This document shows positions 8,799-18,180 of a stretch of 64,000 bases of DNA, one piece after another. Source of the stretch: a virus; the IMG/VR virus record IMGVR_UViG_3300037511_000475; one strand, given 5' to 3'. The position numbers and the translations under genes were made by a program. The notes under the pieces were generated by a model. It saw only the letters and a program-made list of their open reading frames with translations, was not told the DNA's origin and made no database searches. Position 1 is the stretch's first letter; every line of letters begins with the position of its first letter.

Positions 8799-8817
8799 TG
8801 GCTTGATATTCAATACA
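8799..8817. promoter_or_regulatory. operator motif A, CAAGCC half-site variant
   Basis: TGGCTTG ATATT CAATACA. Confidence 0.65.
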
Positions 8818-8830
8818 GCTAAGACGTGCT

Positions 8831-11581
8831 TTAGAGCAGTCTTAGCTCTGTGATTGGATAGGAACCGTAAAAGGTATCACCTTCAATTGTTGCTGTTGTG
8901 CAGTTTACGGAAACTACAACGCCGGAACCCTTGGAGCACTGAACTTTATCACCTGGCTTGTATTTGAATACGGTATGACCATTGGAAGCAACGGGTACAA
9001 GCTCTTTTTGTTCAGTTTCTGGTGGTATTGGCGGCGGTTCTGGTGGTGCAATAGGGGCGATCGCTTCAGTTGTAAGTGATGAGGCAAAAGCTATGCCCTC
9101 AATGCCTTTGCGGTTGTTGCCAATTGATACCAGTTTTGCCCGTGGAAACAACTTGGATATACGGTTAAAAATTTGGTTAGCACCCTTAACGTAAGGATCC
9201 CCAGGTCTTACATCGTTATCCCATACCCGGTTGCCGTGAATGTCAATCTTGAGAATCGGGGTATCTCCAGCCTTGTAAAACTCTTCAAGCTTGTCCCACA
9301 GATCCTTGACAGGAATAACGTTGTTTTTGTCGGCAACAAGATTGTAGGTTTTGGAGAACTCAAACAGGTGACTGTTTACGGATTGGGCTTCCTCTAGTGC
9401 AGCATCGCAGCAACTATAATCAATCCCCTCTTCCATCAAGGCCCGGAATGCATCCATGATTTTGTTAAGGAATGCAGGAAGGATATTGACTTGAATGAAG
9501 TCCTTAGAGTACTTGAATCTCGGATCCGCTTCAATCTCTCCGAGTTCTGGATTTGCTCCAATCTTGAAAGTTTTCAGGAAAGAAACGATCGCGAATCTGG
9601 ATTTAATGGCCTCCATCCCAGCTTTAATATTGGGGGTGTGGTTGATATTAAAGATGTGTACCGCTTTTGGGGTGAATGGTTCCGGGTCAACGCCTTTGCG
9701 TTCTAAGTGAAGTTCATCGCCTGAGATTGCTTGCTTTAATGCCTCTGAAGAGTCGAGGTTGACATCCTTTTTGTTTTCACTAGACCAATTTATTCGACTA
9801 CCAGGCAAAGGTATTAAAGTAAATTTTCGCCCTCCGTCATAGCCTGCAAAGTCCTGCGTACCCAATGATGTCATTCCGGTTCTCCCCCACAAAAGAGAAA
9901 CTGTTTCCCTGAGTGAGTCTTTACCATTGCTTCCATCACCGTAAGCCAATAAAGCTTTGATCCGCCCGTGTCGCTCTCTAACCTTTTCAACGTCTAGTGC
10001 AGCGGCGATCGTCCTCAAAAATACTTGCTGTTGTGGCTTGTCCAGGGCAGACAACAGGCGATCGCAATCCTCAGCATAAGCATCTGGGTTGTACTCAACC
10101 AGCGGCTCATACAGGTAATACATATCAGGTGAGTGAGGAATGAAGTTGAAGATGGGTGTGCGATCGCTGTAGGAAATCTGCAATACCCCATTCTTGCAAT
10201 TCAGCCCAGGCGGGTTGCATTTGTCGATAGACACGGCATTTAAGACCTTTACCCAGTCAAGCGCCTGATTTACCTTTTGGCGGCTTGCGTAAGGATATGT
10301 CTTTTCATAAATTGGGTTGCCGTTCTCATCCTTTGCCCTTGTCTTTTTAATTACGCAGGTTTCATCAGCCAATTTAGCAATGCGCTTTTCCTCAACCTCA
10401 TCAGGGCAATACTCGTAATGAGTTCCAGTCCATCGGTATAACTTGCTAGTAACGGAAATGTATCTGGTATCAGAGTAAAGCTTTCGTGCTGTAATCTGCG
10501 GAAAATCTCGCTTTACATGCTTTTCATCTTCCTCTGATTCAACCTCTTTTACTGGCTCATCATAAATAGCCTTTGGTCGTGGTGCGATCGCCTCATACTC
10601 TGCCAACGTCAAAAACTTGATAGCTTCACCGTCCAATTCATCGCAGTCGGGGAAGTCTTTTGTCTCTTGTCCCCACCATGCAATTTTCACGTTGTAACCC
10701 ATGTGCCGAACCAGATCTAGTGTCTGGTAGTCACGGCGCAAAACCTTGTCATTATCGATCGCCCCTGCATCTGGGTAGAAGATTATTTCCTGGCTACCAA
10801 TCTCAGCCGACAGCTTTTCAAGCGTTGATGCCAGCAGCCTGGATGAAGCAGAGAAATTGCCGCCAGATGCACCCACAAACACGCACCCTAAGCCCTGTGC
10901 AGCAATCCATGGCTTAAGGATGCCTTCTGCCAGTGCGATCGCCTTCACCTTCCCCTTTAGAGGTCGAGCAACAGTAATAGGCAGTTCACCCATGATGTGA
11001 GGTGTAACCCCTTCCGGACTTTTCTTGGTGCGGCTCGTAAGCCAACGGTAACGGCCTGCATCACTAGGCTGATTCAGTCGTAACTGAATGCCAATAATCA
11101 ATCCGCTACTGTTAAACGCAGGGCACAGGTAGCCATCTGCCGGAATATTTAGATTACGGCCTCCCTTCAGCACCCCTGGTAGCCGTTCATCAAATTCAGC
11201 TTTCAACCCCTGCCATTGCTTGACGGAACGGAATAAGCCAGCCTCGATCTGTTCTTCGGTAAGCCCTCGATCAAGTAAATCGGCTTTGTCACGATCCAAA
11301 AGAGTTAATTCAGACAACATTTGCCGATGAAGGCGATCGCGCTCCGACGCAGACAGGGACGTATCATTCAACTCTAACTCTGACTGCCGCGGCGATCGCT
11401 CCGGTGCAAACATTCCCCAAACTCCATCAGAGGTGATTCCGTTAAAATGCCAGCCAGTAGGAGCATCCTTTTGGCTGAGGATTTCCATGCATAGCTGCCC
11501 TCGCTCCGTTGTGCGACACTTACCAGATTCGTTGTTGCAGATTGGGCAGGGGTGATACTTGCTAGAAGGTGTGAGTGGCAT
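8831..11581 (-). CDS. phage/plasmid primase-helicase (Zn ribbon, TOPRIM-like primase, D5-like SF3 helicase)
   Basis: HPCPICNNESGKC; ALAEGILKP/FYPD/DFPDCDE; Walker A GDGSNGKDS; INWSSEN; FNIN. Confidence 0.9.
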   Translation of the reverse strand: MPLTPSSKYHPCPICNNESGKCRTTERGQLCMEILSQKDAPTGWHFNGITSDGVWGMFAPERSPRQSELELNDTSLSASERDRLHRQMLSELTLLDRDKADLLDRGLTEEQIEAGLFRSVKQWQGLKAEFDERLPGVLKGGRNLNIPADGYLCPAFNSSGLIIGIQLRLNQPSDAGRYRWLTSRTKKSPEGVTPHIMGELPITVARPLKGKVKAIALAEGILKPWIAAQGLGCVFVGASGGNFSASSRLLASTLEKLSAEIGSQEIIFYPDAGAIDNDKVLRRDYQTLDLVRHMGYNVKIAWWGQETKDFPDCDELDGEAIKFLTLAEYEAIAPRPKAIYDEPVKEVESEEDEKHVKRDFPQITARKLYSDTRYISVTSKLYRWTGTHYEYCPDEVEEKRIAKLADETCVIKKTRAKDENGNPIYEKTYPYASRQKVNQALDWVKVLNAVSIDKCNPPGLNCKNGVLQISYSDRTPIFNFIPHSPDMYYLYEPLVEYNPDAYAEDCDRLLSALDKPQQQVFLRTIAAALDVEKVRERHGRIKALLAYGDGSNGKDSLRETVSLLWGRTGMTSLGTQDFAGYDGGRKFTLIPLPGSRINWSSENKKDVNLDSSEALKQAISGDELHLERKGVDPEPFTPKAVHIFNINHTPNIKAGMEAIKSRFAIVSFLKTFKIGANPELGEIEADPRFKYSKDFIQVNILPAFLNKIMDAFRALMEEGIDYSCCDAALEEAQSVNSHLFEFSKTYNLVADKNNVIPVKDLWDKLEEFYKAGDTPILKIDIHGNRVWDNDVRPGDPYVKGANQIFNRISKLFPRAKLVSIGNNRKGIEGIAFASSLTTEAIAPIAPPEPPPIPPETEQKELVPVASNGHTVFKYKPGDKVQCSKGSGVVVSVNCTTATIEGDTFYGSYPITELRLL

Positions 11582-11657
11582 ATATAATGCAGGTTAAGAA
11601 GGTTTTTCACTTGAATCCCCGGTGCTCCATCGCCGGGGATTTCGCTTTTCTGGGGGT

Positions 11658-11676
11658 TGGATTCTATTACAATACG
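11658..11676. promoter_or_regulatory. operator motif A
   Basis: TGGATTC TATTA CAATACG upstream of primase. Confidence 0.6.
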
Positions 11677-11678
11677 CT

Positions 11679-11825
11679 TTAGCCAACCTTTTGTAGATAC
11701 GCACCCACGATTTCTCGCACCACTGTAGTGTAGGTTCCGCCTTGTTGTCTGGCGATCGCTTCAATCTTGGCAACCTCTTCATTAGAGAACCTTACGCCTA
11801 CTACCTTTGTCTTTTTTGATGGCAT
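11679..11825 (-). CDS. ribbon-helix-helix (CopG/Arc-like) regulator, 48 aa, not in ORF track
   Basis: MPSKKTKVVGVRFSNEEVAKIEAIARQQGGTYTTVVREIVGAYLQKVG. Confidence 0.75.
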   Translation of the reverse strand: MPSKKTKVVGVRFSNEEVAKIEAIARQQGGTYTTVVREIVGAYLQKVG

Positions 11826-11876
11826 TTTTCAGACTCCAATCCTTCATAGTTAACACTCTTACCATGTTAACAATTC

Positions 11877-11895
11877 TGGCTTGAAATACAATACA
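11877..11895. promoter_or_regulatory. operator motif A, CAAGCC half-site variant
   Basis: TGGCTTG AAATA CAATACA; paired GTTAACA repeats at 11849-11872 lie between it and the RHH gene. Confidence 0.7.
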
Positions 11896-11896
11896 T

Positions 11897-12622
11897 TTAC
11901 TCTAAAATTTTGGGTTTTCCGATCGCCCAACCCTGACACAGATCGACATGGGTATAGTCGCGAACAAAATTGACTTGCCCCTGCTCAACCATCTCTAAAA
12001 TTACTTTAATTCCACGTGCGTGGGCAATAGCGCAGTAAGCGTTAATGTCTGCGATCGCCGCTGGATCTGGCAGCCGCTTCGTGTTCCACCCATCGACCTT
12101 GAGGTATTGAGGCTGCAATAGTTCCAAGCTGGCTACACTAAAACCGCCATCGGGTGCCCCGAAATCGTCTACAGCCAAAGGGCATCCTACGGCTCTGACA
12201 AAGCTTAGAACTGATTGAGCGATCGCCGTATTAGCAACCGCGCCTCTTTCGGTCACTTCAAAGATTAGAGGAATCTTATCTAATTTATAGAGTGCTTGTT
12301 GTGCCAACAAAAACTTTGAGAACTGCCCATTCATGTTGATCGTCGCAGGTGATAGGTTCACCGCATATTTATCCTGGGTGCCAGTGCGAGCCAAGTATGC
12401 CAGCGTAAGGGCTATTACATGGCGATCGAGAAAATGAATGAGACTGTGACCTTCCAGCCACTCAACAAAATGAAGGGGCGATCGCAGCACTCCATTTTCA
12501 CGGAATCGGCTAAGGATTTCGTAGTGAGAGATTTCGCCCGTGTGGATATTGGCGATCGGTTGCTGAAAAAGCACGATCGATTCGTTTAGGAGGAATTGAA
12601 TGTCTGGGGTAAAGGGCATCAC
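11897..12622 (-). CDS. stand-alone EAL-domain cyclic-dinucleotide phosphodiesterase
   Basis: FQQPI, YEILSR, AVNLS, IFEVTE, AVDDFG, LKVD, ILEMVE, CQGWAIGKP. Confidence 0.93.
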   Translation of the reverse strand: MMPFTPDIQFLLNESIVLFQQPIANIHTGEISHYEILSRFRENGVLRSPLHFVEWLEGHSLIHFLDRHVIALTLAYLARTGTQDKYAVNLSPATINMNGQFSKFLLAQQALYKLDKIPLIFEVTERGAVANTAIAQSVLSFVRAVGCPLAVDDFGAPDGGFSVASLELLQPQYLKVDGWNTKRLPDPAAIADINAYCAIAHARGIKVILEMVEQGQVNFVRDYTHVDLCQGWAIGKPKILE

Positions 12623-13191
12623 TGTTCTGTACTGGTGATGAGGCTAACGTAAGCGGTAACAGTGGCAGAAATCCAAAACTGATTAGTGCGTTGGCTGCTG
12701 TAGAGTAAAGCCTCACGCATCAATCGCTGGCTAATGAAGTCTAGCCCTTTCGTGTTGGACTGCATCCCGTTGGCGATCGCTACTAACCCTTCACAGATCA
12801 TCCGCAACAGTGTCGCTGTGTGCCTGCCAGGCACGGAAATATAAACCCCTTCATCCAGTAAAGGGATTTCTTTGCCTTTTGAAGTGAAAGCGGAAAATTT
12901 AATTACAAAATTCGGCGGCTGGTAGTAGAAGAGGGCATATATCGCTCTTTTACTTGGCTCACGTCTTTCGAGTCGTAGAACATCCGCAATGATTTGCTTA
13001 TTAAGGATTGTTGTGTCCTCAGAAGGTTCTCCCCTATGTAAGGGCAGCGCAACAATACGGTACTTAAACGGAAAACCTTGAATAAACCCATCAGCATAAT
13101 ACAAATACCCTTGTACTTTTCTAGCATGTAGACCGTATTCAATTTTGTGCCGTTTTTTTTGGCGGGGACACTGCCAAGGGAGCCATCGCAT
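12619..13191 (-). CDS. hypothetical protein coupled to the EAL gene
   Basis: 190-aa ORF; stop overlaps EAL start (ATGA). Confidence 0.7.
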   Translation of the reverse strand: MRWLPWQCPRQKKRHKIEYGLHARKVQGYLYYADGFIQGFPFKYRIVALPLHRGEPSEDTTILNKQIIADVLRLERREPSKRAIYALFYYQPPNFVIKFSAFTSKGKEIPLLDEGVYISVPGRHTATLLRMICEGLVAIANGMQSNTKGLDFISQRLMREALLYSSQRTNQFWISATVTAYVSLITSTEQ

Positions 13192-13193
13192 TA

Positions 13194-13508
13194 CTAATCC
13201 TCATTTTTTGCTTTATCCAAAACGTACTTAGCGATCGCACCCATAGCAGCACCAACACCGGATACCTGGAGAATCTGCACCAGGATTTCACCAGATAAAT
13301 CAAAACTCAGCCAGTCAGTTTGAATTCTCAGCCCAAAAGCCAAGACTAAAATCAAGCCCAGGAACGTAGCACCCGCAACGGTCACGCGGTCAATATCAAA
13401 AGCGTTTCGCCTGATTTTTCGCCAGAGGTCGCTAACAATTTGCTCCTGTTCATCCTGGCGAGATTCAATATTTCGCAAACGATCTTCAAAATCTTGCATT
13501 GTGCTCAC
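13194..13508 (-). CDS. coiled-coil plus two-TM membrane protein (holin-like)
   Basis: Charged N-terminal coil, then VTVAGATFLGLILVLAFGL and ILVQILQVSGVGAAMGAIAKYV, basic tail. Confidence 0.55.
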   Translation of the reverse strand: MSTMQDFEDRLRNIESRQDEQEQIVSDLWRKIRRNAFDIDRVTVAGATFLGLILVLAFGLRIQTDWLSFDLSGEILVQILQVSGVGAAMGAIAKYVLDKAKNED

Positions 13509-13563
13509 CGGGCTATCTTATTCAATTTTCGCTACGTCTCCCGGTATAAATTTATGCTTCAGG

Positions 13564-13575
13564 AAAAAGTCACGG
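13564..13575 (+). promoter_or_regulatory. candidate late-promoter motif B
   Basis: AAAAAGTCACGG upstream of tail fibre 1. Confidence 0.6.
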
Positions 13576-13636
13576 CATAAGCCGTATTTGGTTTAGATGG
13601 AGGGCGATCGCCCCTAAATTTGAGGATGAGGCTTTA

Positions 13637-16501
13637 TTGAGTTCTATGGCGATCGTTTCAGTTAGAACCAACATCAGAGACGGCTATCTATTGGTTTATC
13701 CAGAGGTGCCGTTTTTAGATGGTGAAACGATTGTTACCAAGGACAAGCTGAAGTTTAGAATCCGCAATTATGTCGCATCAGTTGAGGTTCCACTCTCGGT
13801 TGATGTTTTTTACAATTTCGAGATTTACAACTTAAAAGATGTGCTGGTGTGGTCAGGCCCAGCATTGATTGATAGCGCTGAAATCATCCTGGCTGATGCT
13901 GTTGATATTTCGCCTCCACCCGTCAATCCGTGGAGTGTGGCAGTTAATTTTTTGATCTCCAGACTGCCAGAATCTTCAGCGTTTCGATCGCTTTTAGTTG
14001 ATCTTTTGGGTGAGATAGGTGCAGGAACCAGTGATCATGGATCACTCACTGGATTGGAAGACGACGACCACCCGCAATATTTAACTGAATTTCGGGCGGA
14101 TCCTATTTATTGGCGAAAAGATGAGCTTATTTCAGAAGATGCGATAGATAGTGCGATCGCTCGTGACTCAGAGGTTAGTAGTGCGATCGCCGCTATCACC
14201 CCTGAATCAATTGGGGCATTGAGTATTGCTGACATTGGCGACACTGTGCAATGGTACAGCGATAATCTTGCTTCAGTGTCAGGACTGCATACGGATGGAT
14301 TCGTGACCCGTGACACCTTTGGGCTGTGGTCAACCATCCCCGTTGCCAATTTTCAGGTGGCTGATCCTGATTTGGCGGCGATCGCTGGCTTTTCTGAGAC
14401 TAGCGGAACCGGATACCTATTCCGAGATGGCATCAACAGTTACAGCCTGATTGATGCTGAATTTGCAACGGTAACCAATCTAAGTGACGCGATCGCGGGC
14501 ATCACCCTTGATTCATTGGGAGGCATCACTGAATCAGAGGGAGATGCCCGCTACCGCTTGCAATCTGTGGCGATCGACTACACCACGCTTACGAATCTCC
14601 CCACCCTTGGCACGGCTGCAAGCCAGAACACCTCAGCTTTTGCCACCGCTGCACAGGGAACAAAGGCTGATAGTGCATTACAGCCCTCAGCGATCGGCAC
14701 AACCATTACAGCATCCGCTCTTGGTGCCATCACTCAATCCGCAGCCGATGATCGCTATCGCTTGCAGTCAGTAGCAATCAGTTATCTTACCCTGACTAAT
14801 CTCCCTACCCTTGGCACAGCAGCCGCACAAAACACAGCAGCATTTGCTACAGCGGCACAGGGTACTCTTGCGGGAACTGCTTTACAGCCAGGGACAGCGA
14901 TCGCCAATATTTCAGGCTTACAAACTGCATTAGATGGCAAGCAGACCGCTTTTACTGTGCAAGCCGCCAACCGAGTATATGCAGGGCCAACGACAGGGGC
15001 GGATAGTTCTCCTAGTTTCCGGGCATTGGTCGCCGCTGATATTCCTGCGATCGCAATCTCTGGAGTCACAGGATTACAAACTTCTCTAGACGCTAAGGGT
15101 ACAGTTTCAAGCGTTGCACTGTCAGCACCTAACCTGTTTAGTGTTTCCGGATCTCCAATTACCGGATCCGGTACGCTGACACTAACTCTTGCCACTCAAC
15201 CCGCCAACAGAGTGTGGGCAGGCCCAACAACAGGCGCAGATGCTGCACCCACGTTTAGGACATTGGTTGCGGGCGATATCCCTGCGATCGCCATTAGCGG
15301 TGTAACAGGACTGCAAACGGCACTAGATGGCAAACAGGCAGCAACGACAGTACAGACTTTAGGCGATGCCAACGCCTCAATCAACTCTACTACCACGATC
15401 GCCCGCATCACCTCCACACTCACAGCAGCACGCACTTACACTTTGCCAGCGGCTAATGCGGTATCTGATGGGTGGGAAATTGAGCTGATTGACACCACAA
15501 GTTCAGTCGGTGTTAGCGGGTACACGGCAACCCTTGCGGCGACGGGTAGCGATACCATCAACGGCACGGCAACCATTGTCTTACGAATACCCAACGGAAA
15601 GATTCGGTTACGCTCAAACGGGAGTAATCGATGGGCGATCGTCTCCGCTCCCGATGTTTTCCATAGCCTAGTTACCAGTTCAACCACCTACACTCCCCCT
15701 GAGACTGCAACAGTCATCAAGTGGTACGGGTTGGGAGGTGGCTCCGCTGGTGGTGGCGGTAGTACAGGTGCGGCGGGAACCAACCGATCAGGTGGTGGCG
15801 CTGGTGCCCCTGGCGGCATGACCTACGGGGAATGGGCGATCGCTGAACTGCTAGCACTGTATGGAACTAAAGACTTGGTAGTAACCGTTGGCGTAGGCGG
15901 AACTCCAGGCGCGGCAGTAAGTGCCAACTCAACCAACGGCAACCCAGGCGGGGCAGGCGGAAATACTGTTATTTCTTGCGGTGGTGTTGTGATCGGCGTG
16001 GGCTTAGGGGCCAACGCTAGTACGGGTGGGCCAAGTGCGGGAACTCAATCAACGGCGATCCTTAACGTTGGTTCAGCGTTCCCTATGCCAACCTTAGCGA
16101 ACGGGACTAACGTAGCCGGCGGATCTGGGGCGATCGCTAACGGGTTTGGGGCTGCTGGCGGTGGCGGTGGCGGTGGCTTGGACACTGCAAATACAAACCG
16201 ATCGGGTGGCACGGGCGGCATAGGTGGTCGCACGTCCAAAAGCACCACAGGGGGTGCAAGTGGTACGGCTGGGGGCGGCAACGGCGGCAACGGCAACGCC
16301 CTTACGTCCAATCCCTACAACTGGGGTGATGGCGGCGGCGGTGGCGGCTCAAACAACGCTGGCAATGGCGGCAATGGTGGCAACGCTTCCGGGTATGGGA
16401 ATGGCGGTGGCGGCGGCGGTGCTTGTGTGAATGGTTTTACCGCTGGGCAGGGTGGCAACGGTGCCCAGGGTGCTGTCTTGTTTATTGCTTCTAGGGGCTA
16501 G
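13637..16501 (+). CDS. tail fibre-like virion protein with internal repeats and Gly-rich C-terminal domain
   Basis: Repeated LGTAA...FATAAQG and AGPTTGAD.P.FR.LVA.DIP modules; GGGGGG-rich C-terminus. Confidence 0.8.
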   Translation: MSSMAIVSVRTNIRDGYLLVYPEVPFLDGETIVTKDKLKFRIRNYVASVEVPLSVDVFYNFEIYNLKDVLVWSGPALIDSAEIILADAVDISPPPVNPWSVAVNFLISRLPESSAFRSLLVDLLGEIGAGTSDHGSLTGLEDDDHPQYLTEFRADPIYWRKDELISEDAIDSAIARDSEVSSAIAAITPESIGALSIADIGDTVQWYSDNLASVSGLHTDGFVTRDTFGLWSTIPVANFQVADPDLAAIAGFSETSGTGYLFRDGINSYSLIDAEFATVTNLSDAIAGITLDSLGGITESEGDARYRLQSVAIDYTTLTNLPTLGTAASQNTSAFATAAQGTKADSALQPSAIGTTITASALGAITQSAADDRYRLQSVAISYLTLTNLPTLGTAAAQNTAAFATAAQGTLAGTALQPGTAIANISGLQTALDGKQTAFTVQAANRVYAGPTTGADSSPSFRALVAADIPAIAISGVTGLQTSLDAKGTVSSVALSAPNLFSVSGSPITGSGTLTLTLATQPANRVWAGPTTGADAAPTFRTLVAGDIPAIAISGVTGLQTALDGKQAATTVQTLGDANASINSTTTIARITSTLTAARTYTLPAANAVSDGWEIELIDTTSSVGVSGYTATLAATGSDTINGTATIVLRIPNGKIRLRSNGSNRWAIVSAPDVFHSLVTSSTTYTPPETATVIKWYGLGGGSAGGGGSTGAAGTNRSGGGAGAPGGMTYGEWAIAELLALYGTKDLVVTVGVGGTPGAAVSANSTNGNPGGAGGNTVISCGGVVIGVGLGANASTGGPSAGTQSTAILNVGSAFPMPTLANGTNVAGGSGAIANGFGAAGGGGGGGLDTANTNRSGGTGGIGGRTSKSTTGGASGTAGGGNGGNGNALTSNPYNWGDGGGGGGSNNAGNGGNGGNASGYGNGGGGGGACVNGFTAGQGGNGAQGAVLFIASRG

Positions 16502-16503
16502 AC

Positions 16504-16788
16504 ATGAACCTTTTTGTGGCTGAATGCGATCGCCAATCTGGTGAAATCCTCAATACCACACTTCACCGTGAGGTGGATGTAACCTACGACCCCGAAACCC
16601 TTGAAGTATCCAAGCTCGCCATTCCTCTAATGCAAGGCGTGATCTATTTCGTGGTGCCAGACGAGAAGCGGTACTACTGCCAGATCGGGGGGATGTGGGA
16701 GCTAAACACACTTCCGCCTACATGGATTCTTCCCACACCTCCCGAACTACCACCAATTGAAGAAGTACCGCCTGAAGAAGAATCTTAG
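16504..16788 (+). CDS. fibre-associated small protein (possible chaperone)
   Basis: Directly follows fibre gene; Pro/Glu-rich tail. Confidence 0.55.
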   Translation: MNLFVAECDRQSGEILNTTLHREVDVTYDPETLEVSKLAIPLMQGVIYFVVPDEKRYYCQIGGMWELNTLPPTWILPTPPELPPIEEVPPEEES

Positions 16789-17969
16789 GCAATCCCAGCC
16801 AATGCTTTCACGCGATTGACTACGGCTTTATCTTCTGGCTGTAGCGGCGCGCCGTTTGTTACCTTGGCGATCGCCTCAATCATCCCCTTGGCATCCTCTG
16901 ACTTACCCTCATCGACGGGGAAGTGCCCAAAATCATCTAATCCCTGGTAATTAAACAGGAGCATCGGCTTAACAATCTTTTCGATCAATTGCCCTCCAAC
17001 GTTGTGCATGTTGGACTTGACAACGATGGACAGGATCTTGTTATGACCTTCACTCAGTCCACTATCACCTGTACCGGATAAATTGCTTCCGAGTGCTGTT
17101 TCGGGCACTAGCCAACACAATGCGATCATCCGCTCAAACAGTTTCAAGCAAGATTCAAACATTGCTGGTGTACCCTGTTGGGCGATCGCCTCAATATCGT
17201 CCTCAAGACCAATCACTATTGCAGAAGCATTTTCCAGGTCTTCCATGCGTTTTAACATCGCATGGCCTTGATTGATTTTTATGGGTTTGCCGTGTTGATC
17301 TAAAATCGTTACGCCATTTTCATCAATGCGATCGACCGATGCCGTAATGTCTGTTTTCCCTACCGTAATCGGTGTGGCTTGACGCTGGCAGGCTACCAAA
17401 AGACAAGCAGTAGCAATTTTATAGGCTTCCCAGTAAGGGAGTGCCCGTTTGGCAGGTGAATACCCATAGGGAGAATTGTCGATCACTAAATGTTCTTGAT
17501 TGACCAGGTGTATCCCCTCTTCGTAGGGAATAAGGATATTGCCCTCTGTCGACCTGTATTCAACCTCTTTTATTCCACCAGCGGAACCGCGAAACGAATA
17601 TCGCCTCGGATCTAGGGTGAGCATCCGATCGAGAACGGCACGACCGGATGAAGTATCAAAAGCCCTCTCAGTGAAGCTAAACCCGTAATAGGTGTAGTTC
17701 ATCGCCTTAGCAACTGCGCTCATCCAAGATCCGTTCATCTTGGCAAAACTTGCGCGTACTTCTGCCTGGATATCTTCCGTTGGCCCTATATAGTCCTGGA
17801 TGTATGTCAACCCTAACAGCACAGGTAGTTCGGCATAGGCTGCTACAACCGGGTGAGACAGCATTTCATAGTAATCATCAAGCGAGTATCGATCTTTGCG
17901 GTTGACGCTTGCCAATATTTGAGAGGCGATCGCCTCAACAGCAGGTGTAAGAATTTTTGTTGAAATCAT
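16785..17969 (-). CDS. portal protein (DUF935 / Mu gp29-like)
   Basis: AMNYTYYGFSFTE, SPYGYSPAKRALPYWEAYK, CQRQATPITVGK, LGSNLSG...LSEGH, IEKIVKPMLLFN pattern. Confidence 0.8.
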   Translation of the reverse strand: MISTKILTPAVEAIASQILASVNRKDRYSLDDYYEMLSHPVVAAYAELPVLLGLTYIQDYIGPTEDIQAEVRASFAKMNGSWMSAVAKAMNYTYYGFSFTERAFDTSSGRAVLDRMLTLDPRRYSFRGSAGGIKEVEYRSTEGNILIPYEEGIHLVNQEHLVIDNSPYGYSPAKRALPYWEAYKIATACLLVACQRQATPITVGKTDITASVDRIDENGVTILDQHGKPIKINQGHAMLKRMEDLENASAIVIGLEDDIEAIAQQGTPAMFESCLKLFERMIALCWLVPETALGSNLSGTGDSGLSEGHNKILSIVVKSNMHNVGGQLIEKIVKPMLLFNYQGLDDFGHFPVDEGKSEDAKGMIEAIAKVTNGAPLQPEDKAVVNRVKALAGIA

Positions 17970-18133
17970 GGTGCATCCTGTTTAGTGGCTTCCTGTTCTT
18001 TTTTGCGTGCCAGAGATGCCGCCTCCTGACCAATAGCCCATACAGCTATTCCTACAAAAATCCGCCAATCGGAAAGAAACACGATTAGCAATCCCGCGCA
18101 ACTGCACAACACCGCAAACTGTCTTATGGTCAT
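17966..18133 (-). CDS. small two-TM membrane protein (55 aa, not in ORF track)
   Basis: MTIRQFAVLCSCAGLLIVFLSDWRIFVGIAVWAIGQEAASLARKKEQEATKQDAP; TGA overlaps portal ATG. Confidence 0.6.
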   Translation of the reverse strand: MTIRQFAVLCSCAGLLIVFLSDWRIFVGIAVWAIGQEAASLARKKEQEATKQDAP

Positions 18134-18180
18134 GATTAATATGGACTCCCTTTACGGCGATCGCCTGCTTTCATCTTGTA

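Noticed and set aside
11594-11782. 62-aa minus ORF in the track
   Set aside because: Alternative frame of the 48-aa RHH gene 11679..11825, which has a recognisable fold
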